Assembly (NCBI GenBank): GCA_013239625.1
Contig: MU053652.1
Span: forward strand, 5,757,902-5,821,901
From: Lama guanicoe
Lineage: Eukaryota
Length of the DNA: 64,000 bases
Reading direction: 5' to 3'
Made by a program: the position numbers and the translations under genes. This document shows positions 48,661-62,345 of the stretch, one piece after another. The notes under the pieces were generated by a model. That model made no database searches. It was not told where the DNA came from and worked only from the letters and a program-made list of their open reading frames with translations. Every line of letters begins with the position of its first letter. Position 1 is the stretch's first letter.

Positions 48661-49369
48661 AAGAACTTGATATGTCCAGCTATGTTTTTACCTGGCCAGG
48701 GTAAATTTCTAGATCACCTCAATCCAATATTAATCTCTATGCTCTTAACTATTTTCAGGATGCACTATTTGCTTGCATTGCCCTTAATACTTGTACGATT
48801 GTGTACAACTTAATCGAACCCACTACTTCTTTCATTTACAAGCTTTTGAAGCCTGCCCCTTTTACAGTGTTTTCTTGAGAAGAGGTAGGAAAGTATGTTT
48901 CCATCAGTTGCATCCTGCTGGGGGAGAGGGGGCTAATCCACTTTGCAGCTGTGCCTGGTGTCTAAGTGTGATTCTGAGGGCTCCATCTTTGCAACCACGA
49001 GAGGATGGGTCTTTCTAAGCGGTCACAGGACAGAATTCCTTAGGGAAAGAATCTTGAGCTTTTCACCATCAGCATTATGTTCATCCTGGTTCTACCCCTT
49101 TCCTGAATGACAGAATGGGATTCCTAGAACCCTGAAAGACCACTTAACTTCTTGCTTTTTGATATTGTTCAACTCTAGAAACTGGACTCTTCCTTCATTT
49201 CATTTCATAGCAAATCTAGCTTTAGTCAAACAGTTAAGGATCCATCTCTACCTCAACTTGCCTTCTCAACCTGAATTGTATAAATTCCTTCCTGACAGTC
49301 TTCTTGAATTTCTTCTTCATTATGTGAGCTGATAATATTCACTCCTTTCTGAACACAGTGCATTCTCGT

Positions 49370-49745
49370 TCTTTTTTTTAATAAATGTATTTTATTTTGT
49401 TTAAGTATAGTTGATTTATAATATCATGTTAGGTTCAGCTATACAGCAAAGTGATTATATATTTTATATATATATATTATATATAATATATAGATTCAGT
49501 TATATATATATATATTTATCTGTATATATTTATTCTTTTCAGAGTCTTTTCCATTATAGGTTATTACAATGTAATTCCCTGTGCTGTACAGTAAGTCCTT
49601 GTTGTTTATTTTACATATAGTAGAGTTATCTGTTAAACCCATACTCCTAATTTATTCCTCCCCCTTCATTTCCCCTTTGGTAATCATAAATTTTTTCTCT
49701 ATGTCTATGAGTCTGTTTCTGTTTTGTAAATAAGTTCATATGTAT
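49370..49745 (-). mobile_element. LINE-1 3' end with TA-rich expansion
   Basis: agtatagttgatttataat...atacagcaaagtgatt...tgagtctgtttctgttttgtaaataagttcat. Confidence 0.85.
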
Positions 49746-52119
49746 TAAAAATGCATTTTAATTTGTAAGAGCTAAATCTCTTCGAGGTTTTCATTGATTA
49801 ACTCATTCATTAAACTTTATTCCAAGTCTCCAGGCATTTTTGTATGCTGTTTACATGAAATCCTTTGAACTCAATAATACAACTTCATACACATGCTTGT
49901 TTATGTTCCTTAGCCAGATTTTGTGCTCTTCAAGGGTGAGAACTATGCCTTTTCTTTATAATTCTTCCACAGAGTCCTGTGTGTTGGCCAACTGTGAGTA
50001 CTCAAAAAGATCTCCTAAATAACAAACACGGTGTTAGTTCTTTATTAGTTGACTATGATTTGCTCTATGTGGGGTCAGCCTTGATTTTATTTTGTCAACT
50101 AAAAGTACATCCTTTATGTGATATTAACTAAGGATAACGATGTGTTCATTGACTTTCTTACCTTCCAGTCTGTAGTGTTGGCATTAAGGAATGTTAGCCT
50201 TCAACTACATTGGATTTCCACTGTCCTTAAAATAAACGTCCAATGCTGCAGTGAACATAACAGACTCTTTAGGAAACACTCACAACAAATCCAAACCAAA
50301 CAAAGTAGTAGACCTACCAATGCACAAGCAAAACAGTGCTTCAGAGATGCTGAGGAAAAGAGAAAAGTTGTTTATAGCCATCTGCTGGAGGTGCTAGAGA
50401 AATTCCTACATTGGGGGGTGTTGACCCTAGATAACCCTGAAGTTTCTTTCCAACTAAGATGCTATTTTAAAATTTAGAGGCAAAATGAAAGAAGAGGATT
50501 AAAAGGAACATTAGCAGAGTGAGTATAAAAATGAAACCTTGGGAATTTTTTGTGAGAAAGGTCAATAGTTATTTTCTGTTGAGTTAGATGCTAAGTGCTG
50601 TGTGATGCTTTCAAAGCAACCATGATAAATTATTAAGTACTTGTAATTCATTACACACATCAGGGAATAATATATTGCAGTGTGAGCTGATGTCACCGAG
50701 CAGCGCTACCTGAGACATTTGTCTAGATATTGCACAAGATTGTCTGAAAAGCAATGGGCTCATTAGTAACTCAGATCATTGCAGGAGAACTGTGTTTCCC
50801 TTCATATGAATTTTTTTCGATTTCCAACTAGAAAATGAAGAATTGTAAAGACACATTTACATTTTTCAAGTGTCCTGGTGAAATTTTTGCCCTCTGAAAA
50901 TACTGGAATAATCACTAATGTTTTTCCAGTACAAGAAAAGTAGGGCAGAACATGACTTCTGTTTAAAACAAATGTTTTATGAATCCTTGATAAACACATA
51001 TCTGGGCTTTTGACTTTCCAGTTATCGCTGGCTGACATAAAATGCTATTAATCTGTTGTTTGTTAACCTAGTTACAAGCTACATTTTTTTCTCTGCTCAG
51101 TGTAATTTTATGAAGAATAATTCACACTAAGCATGCAAAAGCGTGCCTCAGGTAAGGATTAATTTATAAAGTCCCCAGAGTTGATGATTTTTTCACTGCA
51201 TCTTCACAACCTGAGTGTTTTCTTCGACTGATTCAAAGCACATCATTGAATTTGTTATTTGAAGGAGAATAAAAAATACTCTTGCATTTTCCTTCCTAGC
51301 AATTATAGGCACCCTTGTCATATTCTGCGGCTTGTTAGCTCTGTGACACCTTGAAAATCTTTCATTTATTTCACATCACTCCTGGAAATTATTTTTTAAT
51401 CATTCTCTATTTTAACTAATGCTTTTCTTCTGAGGTATTCTAAATCTTACCTTCATTCTAATGTGTTCAATATCAGCTTTACTTATAGACAAATTATTTC
51501 ACTGCTCTTGAAAGCTTTCCATAAAATTTTAAAAGCTTCTATCCACCTGCACCAAACAGTTAGCTGGCTGGAGAGAGGAGGAAGGAGATGTGAGGGGTGT
51601 ATGAGTGACAGATGGGAGAGGATGATTGAGGCTTGGAAAAGCAGAGAAAGTTCAGAAACAGGCTAGGGTGTAATCAAGAGCAAGATTATGAATACAAAGT
51701 ACATCCCAGTTGCAAGTTGAAAAGTAGAGGACCTTCAAGAATTTTGACTATGAATATTATTACAGTGCTGTTATGGTCACATGAAAAAATTTAATCATTG
51801 ATGGCAATGATCATCTTATACTGTTACCTGTTAGAAGTTGGAAGGAAATGTAGCCGTACAAACAAAATAGAATAACAATTAGGCTGACAGGGTGATGGGA
51901 TTGGATTGTCAGAGGAAGTAACGACTTGGTTGAACACTTTCTATTACTATTTGTTTCCTGTTGTGCTTTCCTTTGTCTGGGACCCTGTCTGAGACCTCAC
52001 CTGACATTTATGAGGCAAAGATATATCATAGTCAGAATAAGGACCAGCCAAGGCCAAAGCAGCATGTCCTTCCAAAAGACCATGCATTTGTGGGACTCCT
52101 AAGTCCTTAGTTAATTGCT

Positions 52120-52350
52120 AACCCATTATGAGTAATCGACCATGTATGTCAGGCTCTGTTTTAAGGGTTTTGCGTGTGTTAACTCATGCCAGTCCGATGA
52201 AGTCAATACTACTACTGTTCTCATTAAGATAAGGAGGAAAATGAGGCACAGAGAAGTTAAGTAATTTGACTAAGGTCACACAGCTAGTAAATCAGAGCTG
52301 GTTTTGAGCACAGGCACTCTGGCTCCAGAGTCCGTATTCCGAGTCACTAT
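52120..52350 (-). mobile_element. MIR SINE
   Basis: gaggaaaatgaggcacagagaagttaagtaatttgactaaggtcacacagctagtaa...ctggctccagag. Confidence 0.9.
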
Positions 52351-52650
52351 TGTCCCCTGCCTGTCCAGTGTGGCTCAGTAAGGTCTTTGCTGCACAGAAG
52401 TCACATTTAATTAGGTGGGGACATGGGGCCCTGATTCCTTTTTTATTGCTTCTGTTGATGCGGACTCCTCTTTCATCTTCAACTTCCATACTCTTGTTAA
52501 ATAAAACACATGAAAGTGCTTTATAACTTACAAAGACCAATATAAGTATGATTTCATTATCTTTCAAACAGGCAACCTTGCCCCTTAAGTCCTCTTCCTC
52601 CTTAAACTTAAATTTTTTCTTATTTTTTAAAGCTTGTAGGGCTATAGATT

Positions 52651-52852
52651 TCTGTTCTGCCCCAAAGGGCACTGGCCACATGTGGCTATGTAAATTTAAA
52701 TTTAAATCAAATACAATGAAAAGCACAGGTGCTCAGTTACACCAGCCACATTGCATGTGCTCGGTGGTCACAAATTGGTGGTGGCTACGGTACTGGACAG
52801 CTCAGCCATAGGACATGTCCATCATTGTAGAAAGTTCTATTGGGCAGCACTA
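52651..52852. mobile_element. MER3/MER33-like hAT MITE
   Basis: cactggccacatgtggctat...aaatttaaatt...tccatcattgtagaaagttctattgggcagcactag. Confidence 0.8.
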
Positions 52853-53589
52853 GACAGATCACAAAAGGTAGGGCTTCCTTTCAAATGAGGCAACACAGTC
52901 ATTAAATCACTGTGGTATTGGACATCTCATTTTTAAATTATTATCTTCATGCTTACAGAATAAATAGGATGCTGTGTCTCTTCCCCTCATTCCTCTTGTT
53001 TACCTCTTCCTTTACACAAATACACTTGGCCTAGTTTCTTTTTTTTTCTTCCTTTCTCTTGCTTTGACTCATTCTTCCATACTGAAAACGTGTGAAAGCA
53101 GCTGCCCGAGCCCATTAAATGCATCAACACCTTTGCCTCCTGGCAGCATCCTCCAGACTCGCTTCCTTCAGACAGATTTCTTGACCTGAAGGAGGACTCC
53201 CTGAGACAGCCAGATTGGACCTAAGGCTCTGCATCACTCTTGAATTCAGTTTTTCTTTACAGCACTCATATTTTTTAAATTAATTAATTAATTATTTGCT
53301 TGCAGTTTTTCCTACTATGCATTTGTTTATCATTAGGGTAGAACTGATATATAATACAAGTTGAAGATAGCATCTATTTAGTGAACTACTCAAGCTAACC
53401 AATTTCATGTATCTTTCAGGCCACCTAATACTTTAACAGTGCCTTGAACATTTCAACAGACCGTTGGACCAGTCATATGTAGCAGAAATTTAACAGTAAG
53501 CTGTCTCATGTTTAGAGATCACAACAAACAAACAGGTTGTGCTGTTTGTTAGTTACTACCACTGGAAGACGTTGAGCAGAGACTGGACA

Positions 53590-54310
53590 TTTCATTCATT
53601 TATTTATTAATCCAGCAGACATTTATTCTCCACCAATAAGAGCTCACACTTTTTTAGGGCACTGAGGATTCAGATTTAAAGTCACATCCTTAACCTGAAA
53701 GATCCAAGAAGCTAGTTGGGAAAATCAGCAGCTAAATAAGCAACTATATAATAAAGTGGAATAAATGCTCCAATTAGAGGTTTCTTATCTGTGTTGATGG
53801 AAGTGGAGATAAGAAAGTCTTCTGGAGGAGTGGATCCCTGAGATGAGTCTTGCAAGACAATAGTTGTCTGGGTGAAGGCTTGTAAGAGCTTGAGCTTTTT
53901 GAGTATTGAATGGGTATGGGGTTAATGGTGAGACATGACACTAAAATCTGAGTTAGATTATGAAGAACCTTGCATGATGTGTTCCAAAATTCAGATTTTG
54001 TCTTGAAAAAAATTGCATAACATGCTCTTGGAGTATTTAAGCAAGGAGTGATACTCACCATCGGATTAATATTTTAGACCACACACAGTGCCAACCATTG
54101 TACTGGAGGCAGAAATACTGGGAAAGAGGTAATTGCAGTAATCCAGGTGAAGGCTAAGAAGGGCTTGAACTAAAACCATGCAGGGGAAACAAAGAATAGT
54201 GGGCAGACTTAAGGGATTTTGGGTTTGAAACTCAGGACTTCGTAACACACTGAATGAGGGCAATTAAGCACAGTGAGGAGTCTAAGATAATGGCCAGGTT
54301 TCCATCAAAG
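53590..54310 (-). mobile_element. L2 LINE
   Basis: ttcattcatttattt...agaaagtcttctggaggag...ctgagatgagtcttg...gaggtaattgcagtaatccaggtga. Confidence 0.8.
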
Positions 54311-54569
54311 ATACTGCTGCAAAAATTTCTCCATGGATGAAAGATTAAGTTAAATTATATCTATAGTCCTTTATAGGACTATGGGTCATAATTTAAAATT
54401 TTATGAACTTTCAGGACTCCTGACAACTTCTACTAATTATCATAAAATATAATAGAGCTAACACTTAACATCTACATTATATGGTGGGGTATCCATTTTC
54501 AGATAGGTTAGTAAAATGTTAAACATAAAATGCTCAATATTGGCAAGGCTGCTGTATAATCATACATAT

Positions 54570-55678
54570 ATTTTTAGTGCGCTTTTTATTGAAGAATATT
54601 ATGTAAGTTGCAGGTGTACAATATAGTGATTCACAATTTTTAAAGGTTATGCTCTATTTATAGTTATAAAATGTTGGCTGTATTTCCTGTGTAGTTGTAC
54701 ACAATATCCTTGTAGATATACAGAATAGTTTTATACATAATTTTTTATACATTTAGTTATACATTTTATACATGATAGTTTGTACCTCTTAAACCCCTAC
54801 CCCTATACTGCCCTTCCCTCCTTCCCTCCTCCCTCTCCCCGCTGGTAACCACTAGTTTGTTTTCTATATCTCTGAGCGTGTTTCTTTTTTGTTATAATGA
54901 CTAGTTTGTTGTATTTTTCAGATTACACATATAAGTGATATCATACAGTATTTGTGTATTTGTTTTTTTATGCCTGACTTATTTCACATAGCACAGTACC
55001 CTTCAAGTCATTCATGTTGTTGCAAATGGCAAAATTTCATTCTTTTTTGTGACTGAGTAGTATTTCATTGTGTACACAGATACACACACACATACACATA
55101 TCACATCTTATTTATCCATTCGTCTGTTGATGGACACTTAGATTGCTTCATATCTTAGCAATTGTAAATAATTCTGCTTTGAACATTGGGGTGCATGTTT
55201 CTTTTCGAATTAGCGTTTTTGTTTTTTTCAGATATATATCCAGGAGTGGAATTCCTGGGTCATACAGTAGTTCTATTTTTAGTTGCCTGAGAAACCTGCG
55301 TACTGTTTTTCATAGCTGCTGCACCAGTTTACATTCCTACCAACAGTGCATGATGGCTCCCTTTTCCCTACATCCTCACCAATATTTGTTATTTGTGTTA
55401 TTTTTGATGATAGCTGTTCTGACAGGTGTGAAGTGATATCTCATTGTTGTTTTGATTTGCATTTCCCTGGTGATTAGTGATACTGAGTATCTTTCTATGT
55501 ACCTGTTGGCCATTCTCATGTCCTCTTTGCAAAAACGTCTATTCAGGTCTTTTGCCCATTTATTAATCAGATTGTTTGTTTTTTTGATATTGAGTTGTAT
55601 GTGCTGTTTATATATAATGGATACTAACCCTTTATCAGTCATATCATTTGCAAATATTTTCTCCCATTCTGTAGGTTG
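54570..55678 (-). mobile_element. LINE-1 5'-truncated (ORF2 C-terminus and 3' UTR) inserted into an older plus-strand L1M
   Basis: ORF 55376-55783 contains [37 protein letters not shown]; degenerate TSD tgtataatcatacat (54553) / tgtgtaatcatatat (55679). Confidence 0.92.
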
Positions 55679-56280
55679 TGTGTAATCATATATTGCTGGC
55701 AACAGTATAAATTGGTATAAATCTTTGGAAAGCAATTTGACAGTAAGTACCAAAAGATATAAAGCATATATAAGTATGTTCACCTTGCCATGAAGTTATT
55801 CTTCAAAAGAAGAAGAAAGCTGTACTAAGGAAGTGTGTATTGCAGTGGTATTTAGACCCATGAACTATTGCTCAGGAACTAAATGTTCAAGAACAAGGAG
55901 AGAAGTAAAATTGGTTGTATCAATTCCATGGAAGATTGAATATCTAAGAAAATGGTGACTGTCAGGACCATACAAGGAACTCATGTGTGCTAAGACTTAA
56001 ATCACATCTTCTTGGTTTAAGAAGACTCAAGTGTTCTTTCTGTTGCTTCTCTTGAAATAGCAGGGAAGAATACAAACACAAAAAGTGTACACACGACAAC
56101 AAAAATGGATAATTATGGGTTTATGTGGATAAAGCTTGAAATGAGTCGAAAAAGTTTTTAATGCCAGGATGGTAAGGTTTTGGGGAATATTCTTTTTCCG
56201 ATTTTTCTTTAGCTGTTGTTCTTTGTTTTTGCGCTTTGATGCCACAGTGATATTTTAACAATTATGAATGTAAAAAAAAT
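55679..56280 (+). mobile_element. Old L1M fragment (host of the previous L1; begins near 54490)
   Basis: tattggcaagg (54538) continues as attgctggcaacagtataaattggtata...tttggaaagcaatttgacagtaagtaccaaaa. Confidence 0.65.
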
Positions 56281-59159
56281 TAACCAAAACAGTTTTACTT
56301 TGGTTTCAGAATCGTATTGTTTAGGTCTTCAGCTTTCCCACAAGATTGCTTGTTATTATCTGTCCCAATTTAGAAGAGTTAGGTAGTTAATAATAGAACA
56401 CATGTGCAGCAATCCTAGTACTGCATTCTGCTTTCTAAAAATTCATTCAGCACAAATTTCACAGAAGCCCACCTACACTTTTGAGCTATTTTATTTTTCA
56501 CAGTTTTATGCTCATGTTGTGCTATAGCACCCATGCAAAAATAAACTGAATGCTAACCAGGCTGCAGGAAATAGATGAAATGTATGTTATGAGCTCTGAA
56601 AATGACAAACCAAGCGTTATTTGGGCTATTTTTCATGCTTAATAATAATAAATGGAAAACAGGAAGAAACAGTTCCTGTATTTGAGTTCTTGCTGTTGTC
56701 TTACATCACGTGCCACCCGAAGCTAGTCAGAAGCATCTCCTTTTCATTCAGACGCCGTAGCCTCATCCCTTTCCTTCTGTCTCTCTTCTCTGCCCATTTT
56801 TCTCCTTTTCTCAAATAAATTGTGAGCTTGCCGACCGGAGTTCCACAGACACTCACTGGAGACTGACTTTCCCAGAGGACTGTGAGCTAGTATTTATTTG
56901 TCTGTGGACTTGGTCCCCATGAAGGGCTCCAGCCTCTCTCTCCCTCTCTTTCCCCATTGAACTCACATAAATCGTGAGCTCTGAGAAGCTCCCATGTCCA
57001 TTAATTTCCCTTGCACAACGCTATGTCCAATTAGAGCCTGATAAGAGCCTGGTTCCTATTGACACCATCAGTGTCTAAAAAGATTAGTGAATACTTTTTT
57101 CCCTAAGATCAAAAAAGATAAATCACACAGATATCATTTCAATAGAACAACAAAAAAAAGGAAAGAAAGGTAATACCACCCTTGTGACGGTTGTGGATGT
57201 GAGTTGGTGGAGGGTGAGAAAAACCAGTTACTAGAAAACAATGTCACCACCTGATTTCACATAAATCACTGTATCTAGGACACCCGGGACACCCAGAGGG
57301 ATTGCGCAGTGTAATCCCTGTTGCGCGGTGACGGGGAAAGAACTTAACCCTTTCTGAGTTACGTTGTTAGGTTACATCATTATTCCCAATTTTTTTTTTT
57401 TTTGGCCAGACTGATGTTGTTATAAAATCTGTGAGATTTAAAATGAATATTTATTATTTGGTATAAAAATGAAGGAATGACTTATGAATCCAATACCTTT
57501 GATTTCTCTCACTCCTTGGAGCCCAAATTCTGTGAAAATCAGGGTCTAGCCTGTCCCCCCCATGCCTGGTTCCGTGCTTGGCAAGGGGGCTTTCTCCCCA
57601 CTGGTGCTGTTTGTTTCGCCTTGACCCACTGTGAGTGCTGAGGCTGGGGGTGGGGGTCGGGGGCCTCATCTTTCACCACATAATCTGAAGGGAAAGAAAT
57701 CACTGCGAAGCTTTTCTGGAGAACTGTGTGGTACAGAGTAATTTCCACTGCTTCAATGTATAACATATATTAAAAATATATGCAGATGTACTCGAATCAC
57801 AGATTATTGAAATCTGTGATCTGTCTCCCACTTAGATCCATCAAGTTTTAATTCTGGATGAATTGCTAAAATTTGGCCAAGAAATTCCTTCATATCATCT
57901 CATATCCTCTGAAAGCACCCTTGCCAGGGCTTCAGACCCTATCTGGAGGGGTCTGGATGACAGACAGCCTGTGGTATATTTCTCACTCCCACCTGCTCCT
58001 CTTGGGAAGAGCTATTGATCACCTACCAAAGTTACTGTAAACTCACGTGCCTGAGAGCCAGGCCACTAAAGTAACCTCCACCAATGCCCACCTCTGGGTC
58101 CCCGTGTCCGCCCCTCTATCCACGGCCACTTCACCCAGAGAGCTTCATTCCCCTGTGGTCTTTGGCATGCTCAAATAAGAGTACCTGGATGACAGTTACA
58201 TCCTTGTGTGGGAGAACTCATTTTCTTTAACGTAACAACAAACATTATATGAAATTGCAAATAGTATCCAGATAGAATGTCAGTTGTGGTTTAGTTTAAA
58301 TAATAGGTCTTTTATGTCATTAAAAACAGTTACTGATATATCTGAGAAGAATCTTTGGAGTTTGGGTCAGAAACAACTTAGGGACAGGTTGGCTTTGACC
58401 GAGGTGAAAACTGATGCTTCAAGCTCTGGCAACGTGGGTTGTCATGTTGTTCTTATTAAATATTATTTTTTGTCAATATGCATTGTTGTCTGAACTTTGG
58501 TCCTAAGAAGATTTAAGCAGGCATTTGCTCTGGAACCAAAAACCAAGCGAAACAAACGAAACTCTCAAGTAAGTAAGATAATACAGGTATAGGTGTAAGG
58601 ATGCAGAAACGTTTTGAAGAGAAACCCAGAAGAGGCTTCCTTTAACAGAAGGGAAGCCGTCTTTGAGCTCTTTTCTTTCGTCTTCCTACTTAATGACTTT
58701 AAAAAAGCAGAGCCCCAAGCACGCATTTTATCTGGGTAATATCCCATACAGTGCAACTTGGCTTAACAGAAACAGCAGTCAGGTACCCCACTCCTCCTAC
58801 TTATGAATCTCCATCCCCTAGAAAATTTGTTTTCAATTCCTTTAGTTTTTTTTTTTTTGTCTCCATTTTTCCACATCACGTGTTTATGATGCTGTCTTGA
58901 TTTTTGTAAACTTTCACCTTTCTGGTCTTTCTACTGTGGAAGATGATGATTTAACTCCCCATCATACACAAGTTGCACACACATGTGCACAAAGACACGC
59001 ACACACACCCCCTCCAATCCTTCCGGCAGGATTCAATCACAGTTTTGGTCCAATTAGTAGTCCGTGTTTATATTACTGTGACTGTGCACATTATGTTATA
59101 CTTGATCTAGATAACGAACTAAAATACCATTTCTCTGTAACCTGTTTCCAGTCTCAAGC

Positions 59160-60330
59160 AATTTAAAAATCTTGTGTTAATGTTCCTTCATGTGGGTCTT
59201 TCTCTCCTTCTTTCTCTCTTCTTTTTGCTAGAAGTTTGATAGGTGTTCTCAGTTTAAAAACTCAAGTTCTTCAGTTCTCAGAAGTGATCTATTATTTCTT
59301 TGGTAATGGCCTCTCTTTATTTCTTTTTGAGACTTCAAAGTTTGAACGTTGAAACTCCTGGATGAGTCCTCTAGTTTCACGATGACTTTTCATTTGTCTT
59401 ATATTCTGAAATATTTCCACTTCCTCTTATATCTTAATCTGTTGAGGTATTTCTACCTTGCTTATCCTTTTTAATTTCCAGGAGCTCTTTCTTATTCTCT
59501 GTTTTATAGCCTCCTGTACTTGTTGCATGGACATAATGTCTTCTCTGAGGATATTAATATTGTTGAAGTCATCTTCTGCTTATGTCTTGTCTCTGTGTCT
59601 GCTGAGTTCTTCTCTTCTGTTTGATGCAACATTATGTATGTGGTCCCAGTGTGCTGTTTGACAGCTTGAGAAGTGTGGGTCAGGTTCACTGACTGTGACT
59701 TCACTTCAAAATGAGGAGGTAGACATGGTTATTTAGTTGGAAGACATCCATGTATGAGTATCAGTATGGTGTTACCCTTTGGCCAATTTCTCCTGAGAAG
59801 GCTCTACCTGTTTCCTGTCTGGGAGGTGAAAATTTAGGTGGTTGTAGTCTGGATGCTAAGCAGGCAAGGGGGACCAGGGGCTCCCCATCAGCCTACAGGC
59901 TTTCACTTTATAGAAACGTGCTAAGTTGTTGCTGGTGTTCTTGAGTTCATCCTTTGTAGAAAGTGACCCTCTGATCTTCTGTGCACAGGGACTGGAGTTG
60001 GTGGAACACGTAAAGATTTTCACCCCGTTCTCTTTTCACCTCCACCTTCTGGAGTCTCTGGCACCTCCATTCCCAGAGCCTTCCCGGTGCTGGGTGGAGT
60101 AGTTGCTTTGTTTCTGTTGGTGCCAGCTGCAATCCCATGTCTTGTAGGATTTCCTTTCAGTTTTCTCCACTCTGGTAAGTTAGCTATGATTTGACCACCA
60201 TTTGCTTTTCAGCTTTTGAAACATTGATGACACTTCTTTCCCATTTCCCCACTTTATACTCAACAATTTCATTGGATATTTGGGTGGAGATAAACGAATG
60301 TGTTCTAGTTTCTATGCTTAACCAGACTCC
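59160..60330 (-). mobile_element. Highly degraded old L1M sequence
   Basis: T-rich antisense L1-like motifs such as ttttaatttccaggagctctttctt and atgtcttctctgaggatattaat. Confidence 0.45.
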
Positions 60331-60949
60331 AGCCACACAGCAGTTCTTTTTGCTGCTCTGTTCGGTAGTGAATCTTAGGGAACCACAGGACAGATGGGCT
60401 TGAAAGGATGCTGCATCAGGTGACCTGTCCCCATTTTCTGGTTTTTGGAAGGGGAGAATGTGGAGAAAAGGAAAGGAAGAAAATGAAAGTGGAGTAGGAT
60501 AAGGAAATTAGAGAAGGAAATTAAAAGATGAGAGGAGAAGGAAGGCTAGTATTGAAGAGTGAAATGAGAGCTATGAGTGGACAAATCAGCGTGGAGATGT
60601 CTCCGCCTTCTTCCTCGTGACTATGCCGATCCCCCTCTTCCTTTTCATTGAACTGAGAAGGAATGAGGGCGCTTCAACAAACTAGTCTCCAGACCCCAGG
60701 CACCTGACTGAGACTCATACTCTTGTAAAAATTAGTTTTTAGGTTACCCAGTCACGCTCTGACTCGTGAAAGCCAGGCTTCATAATTTTGAAGTGAACCA
60801 GTTTTCTTATGTCTCTTCTGGTTCTCCTCTTGTAGGCTTTTAAAAAAGTGATCTGTTGTATTTTACATGGTGTTCTTTCTATTCCCGTATTAGAACTTAC
60901 ATAATTCACAGGACTCATGGCAGGCAGTATAGGCGGTATATTCATAGAA

Positions 60950-61070
60950 ACACAAAATGTTGAAATTCAAAGGGATCCTGAGATCATCCTGTCAAGCATC
61001 CTTCTTTTTATAAATGAGGAAACGGGTAGGCAAGAGGTTAAGTGTCTGTCCAGGGTCATACAGAGGAAAC
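60950..61070 (-). mobile_element. MIR (MIR3/MIRc-like) fragment
   Basis: aagggatcctgagatcatc...ttttataaatgaggaaac...gttaagtgtctgtccagggtcataca. Confidence 0.7.
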
Positions 61071-62179
61071 ATGATCCAATGTAGGAATGAGGAAATTATA
61101 TCATGTCATGAGTAATCTTTATGTTTTAATGATAGAACCAGTGCTTCTGGCATACTATTCGTATTTCAGGATTTTTTTTTTCACAAGCCAAACTGCTTTT
61201 TATTTTATAGATATTCACATACTATATAGTGTATGGTTAAGACCTAATGCATTTGTAAAGAGAATGCATTTTATCTGGGAGTCACTGCATGAATGGAAAT
61301 TGTAGATGTTATATCACAGAAATATTTGAGGTGACAAATGGTTATCCTTTTGTCATTTGCAGTTCTGATCAGTTTTCATTTTTGTGCTTGGATGATGTTG
61401 GAATTATTGAAAGCTTATTGTTCTTTTCTAAGAACCCCCTTAGATAAACAATATAATTTAATGCACACACCTGCTCTTTTTCCTATAATACTGTGGATAT
61501 AGACATTTCTTGGTTTCAGTGAAATGGTGTTTGATGGTGAATCCTTAAATGATGCAGTTTTGCCCTAGCTTGTACATTTGCAGTTTGCAATAATAGGAAT
61601 AATTAAAAAAAACTAATCTCACAAGTCCTGACGTGTTTAAACATTGAAATAAATAAAATCATGTATAAACTGTTTGATTAGTTGTGATTAAAGTGTATTG
61701 AATCCAACTCAAATCCTTGGTTCTTAGAATTGATGCTTTGTTATTTCCCCTTCAAGTGGCCATTTTAATAGGAATTCACATTGTTTTTCTCTGTGTTCCT
61801 TCCACCCCAAGGTGAGTTGTCTGTTTCTTATTGTGGAATAGTAAAATTAAATCCCTCTTTGTACATAAGCGCAGGGTGTTTATTACATCATATTTAAATT
61901 ATTAATGATCATCACATTTTCACAGGACATGCCAGACACATCTACTGACTGGTAGTATCCATTAGAAATAAATCTTGCTGGCTTCTGGCTGGCTAAGTCA
62001 ATCATAAACTCACTTCTGAAATGTTTTTTGACTTGCTGATCCCGGTGTGTATGAGTGTAACATAGAGCTACTTTTTATGCTTCTTTGACTACATATTCCT
62101 ACAGTCACTGGCAGGAGCCAGTGAATCTTATTCATAGTTACTAGACTCTGTTCTCTTGGTCCCATATCCTTAGGCTACT

Positions 62180-62345
62180 CTGCATTGTAGCATTTCTCAC
62201 ATCAAATTGTGATATTGTTTTCACGTTGTGTTATTTACTGTGAGTGCCTCAAGACCAGGGACAGTGTCTTCTTCATTTTTGTATCTCCAGATTCCAACAG
62301 AGCACTCGGCGTGTAGTAAGCACTCAGTCAATGCTCTGTGAGTGA
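62180..62345 (+). mobile_element. L2 3' end
   Basis: actgtgagtgcctcaagaccagggacagtgtctt...tttgtatctccag...tagtaagcactcagtcaatg. Confidence 0.75.

Noticed and set aside
57297..57319. Iron-responsive element (CAGTGT in a hairpin)
   Set aside because: The five bases either side of CAGUGU (UUGCG / AAUCC) do not pair and there is no bulged C at the required position
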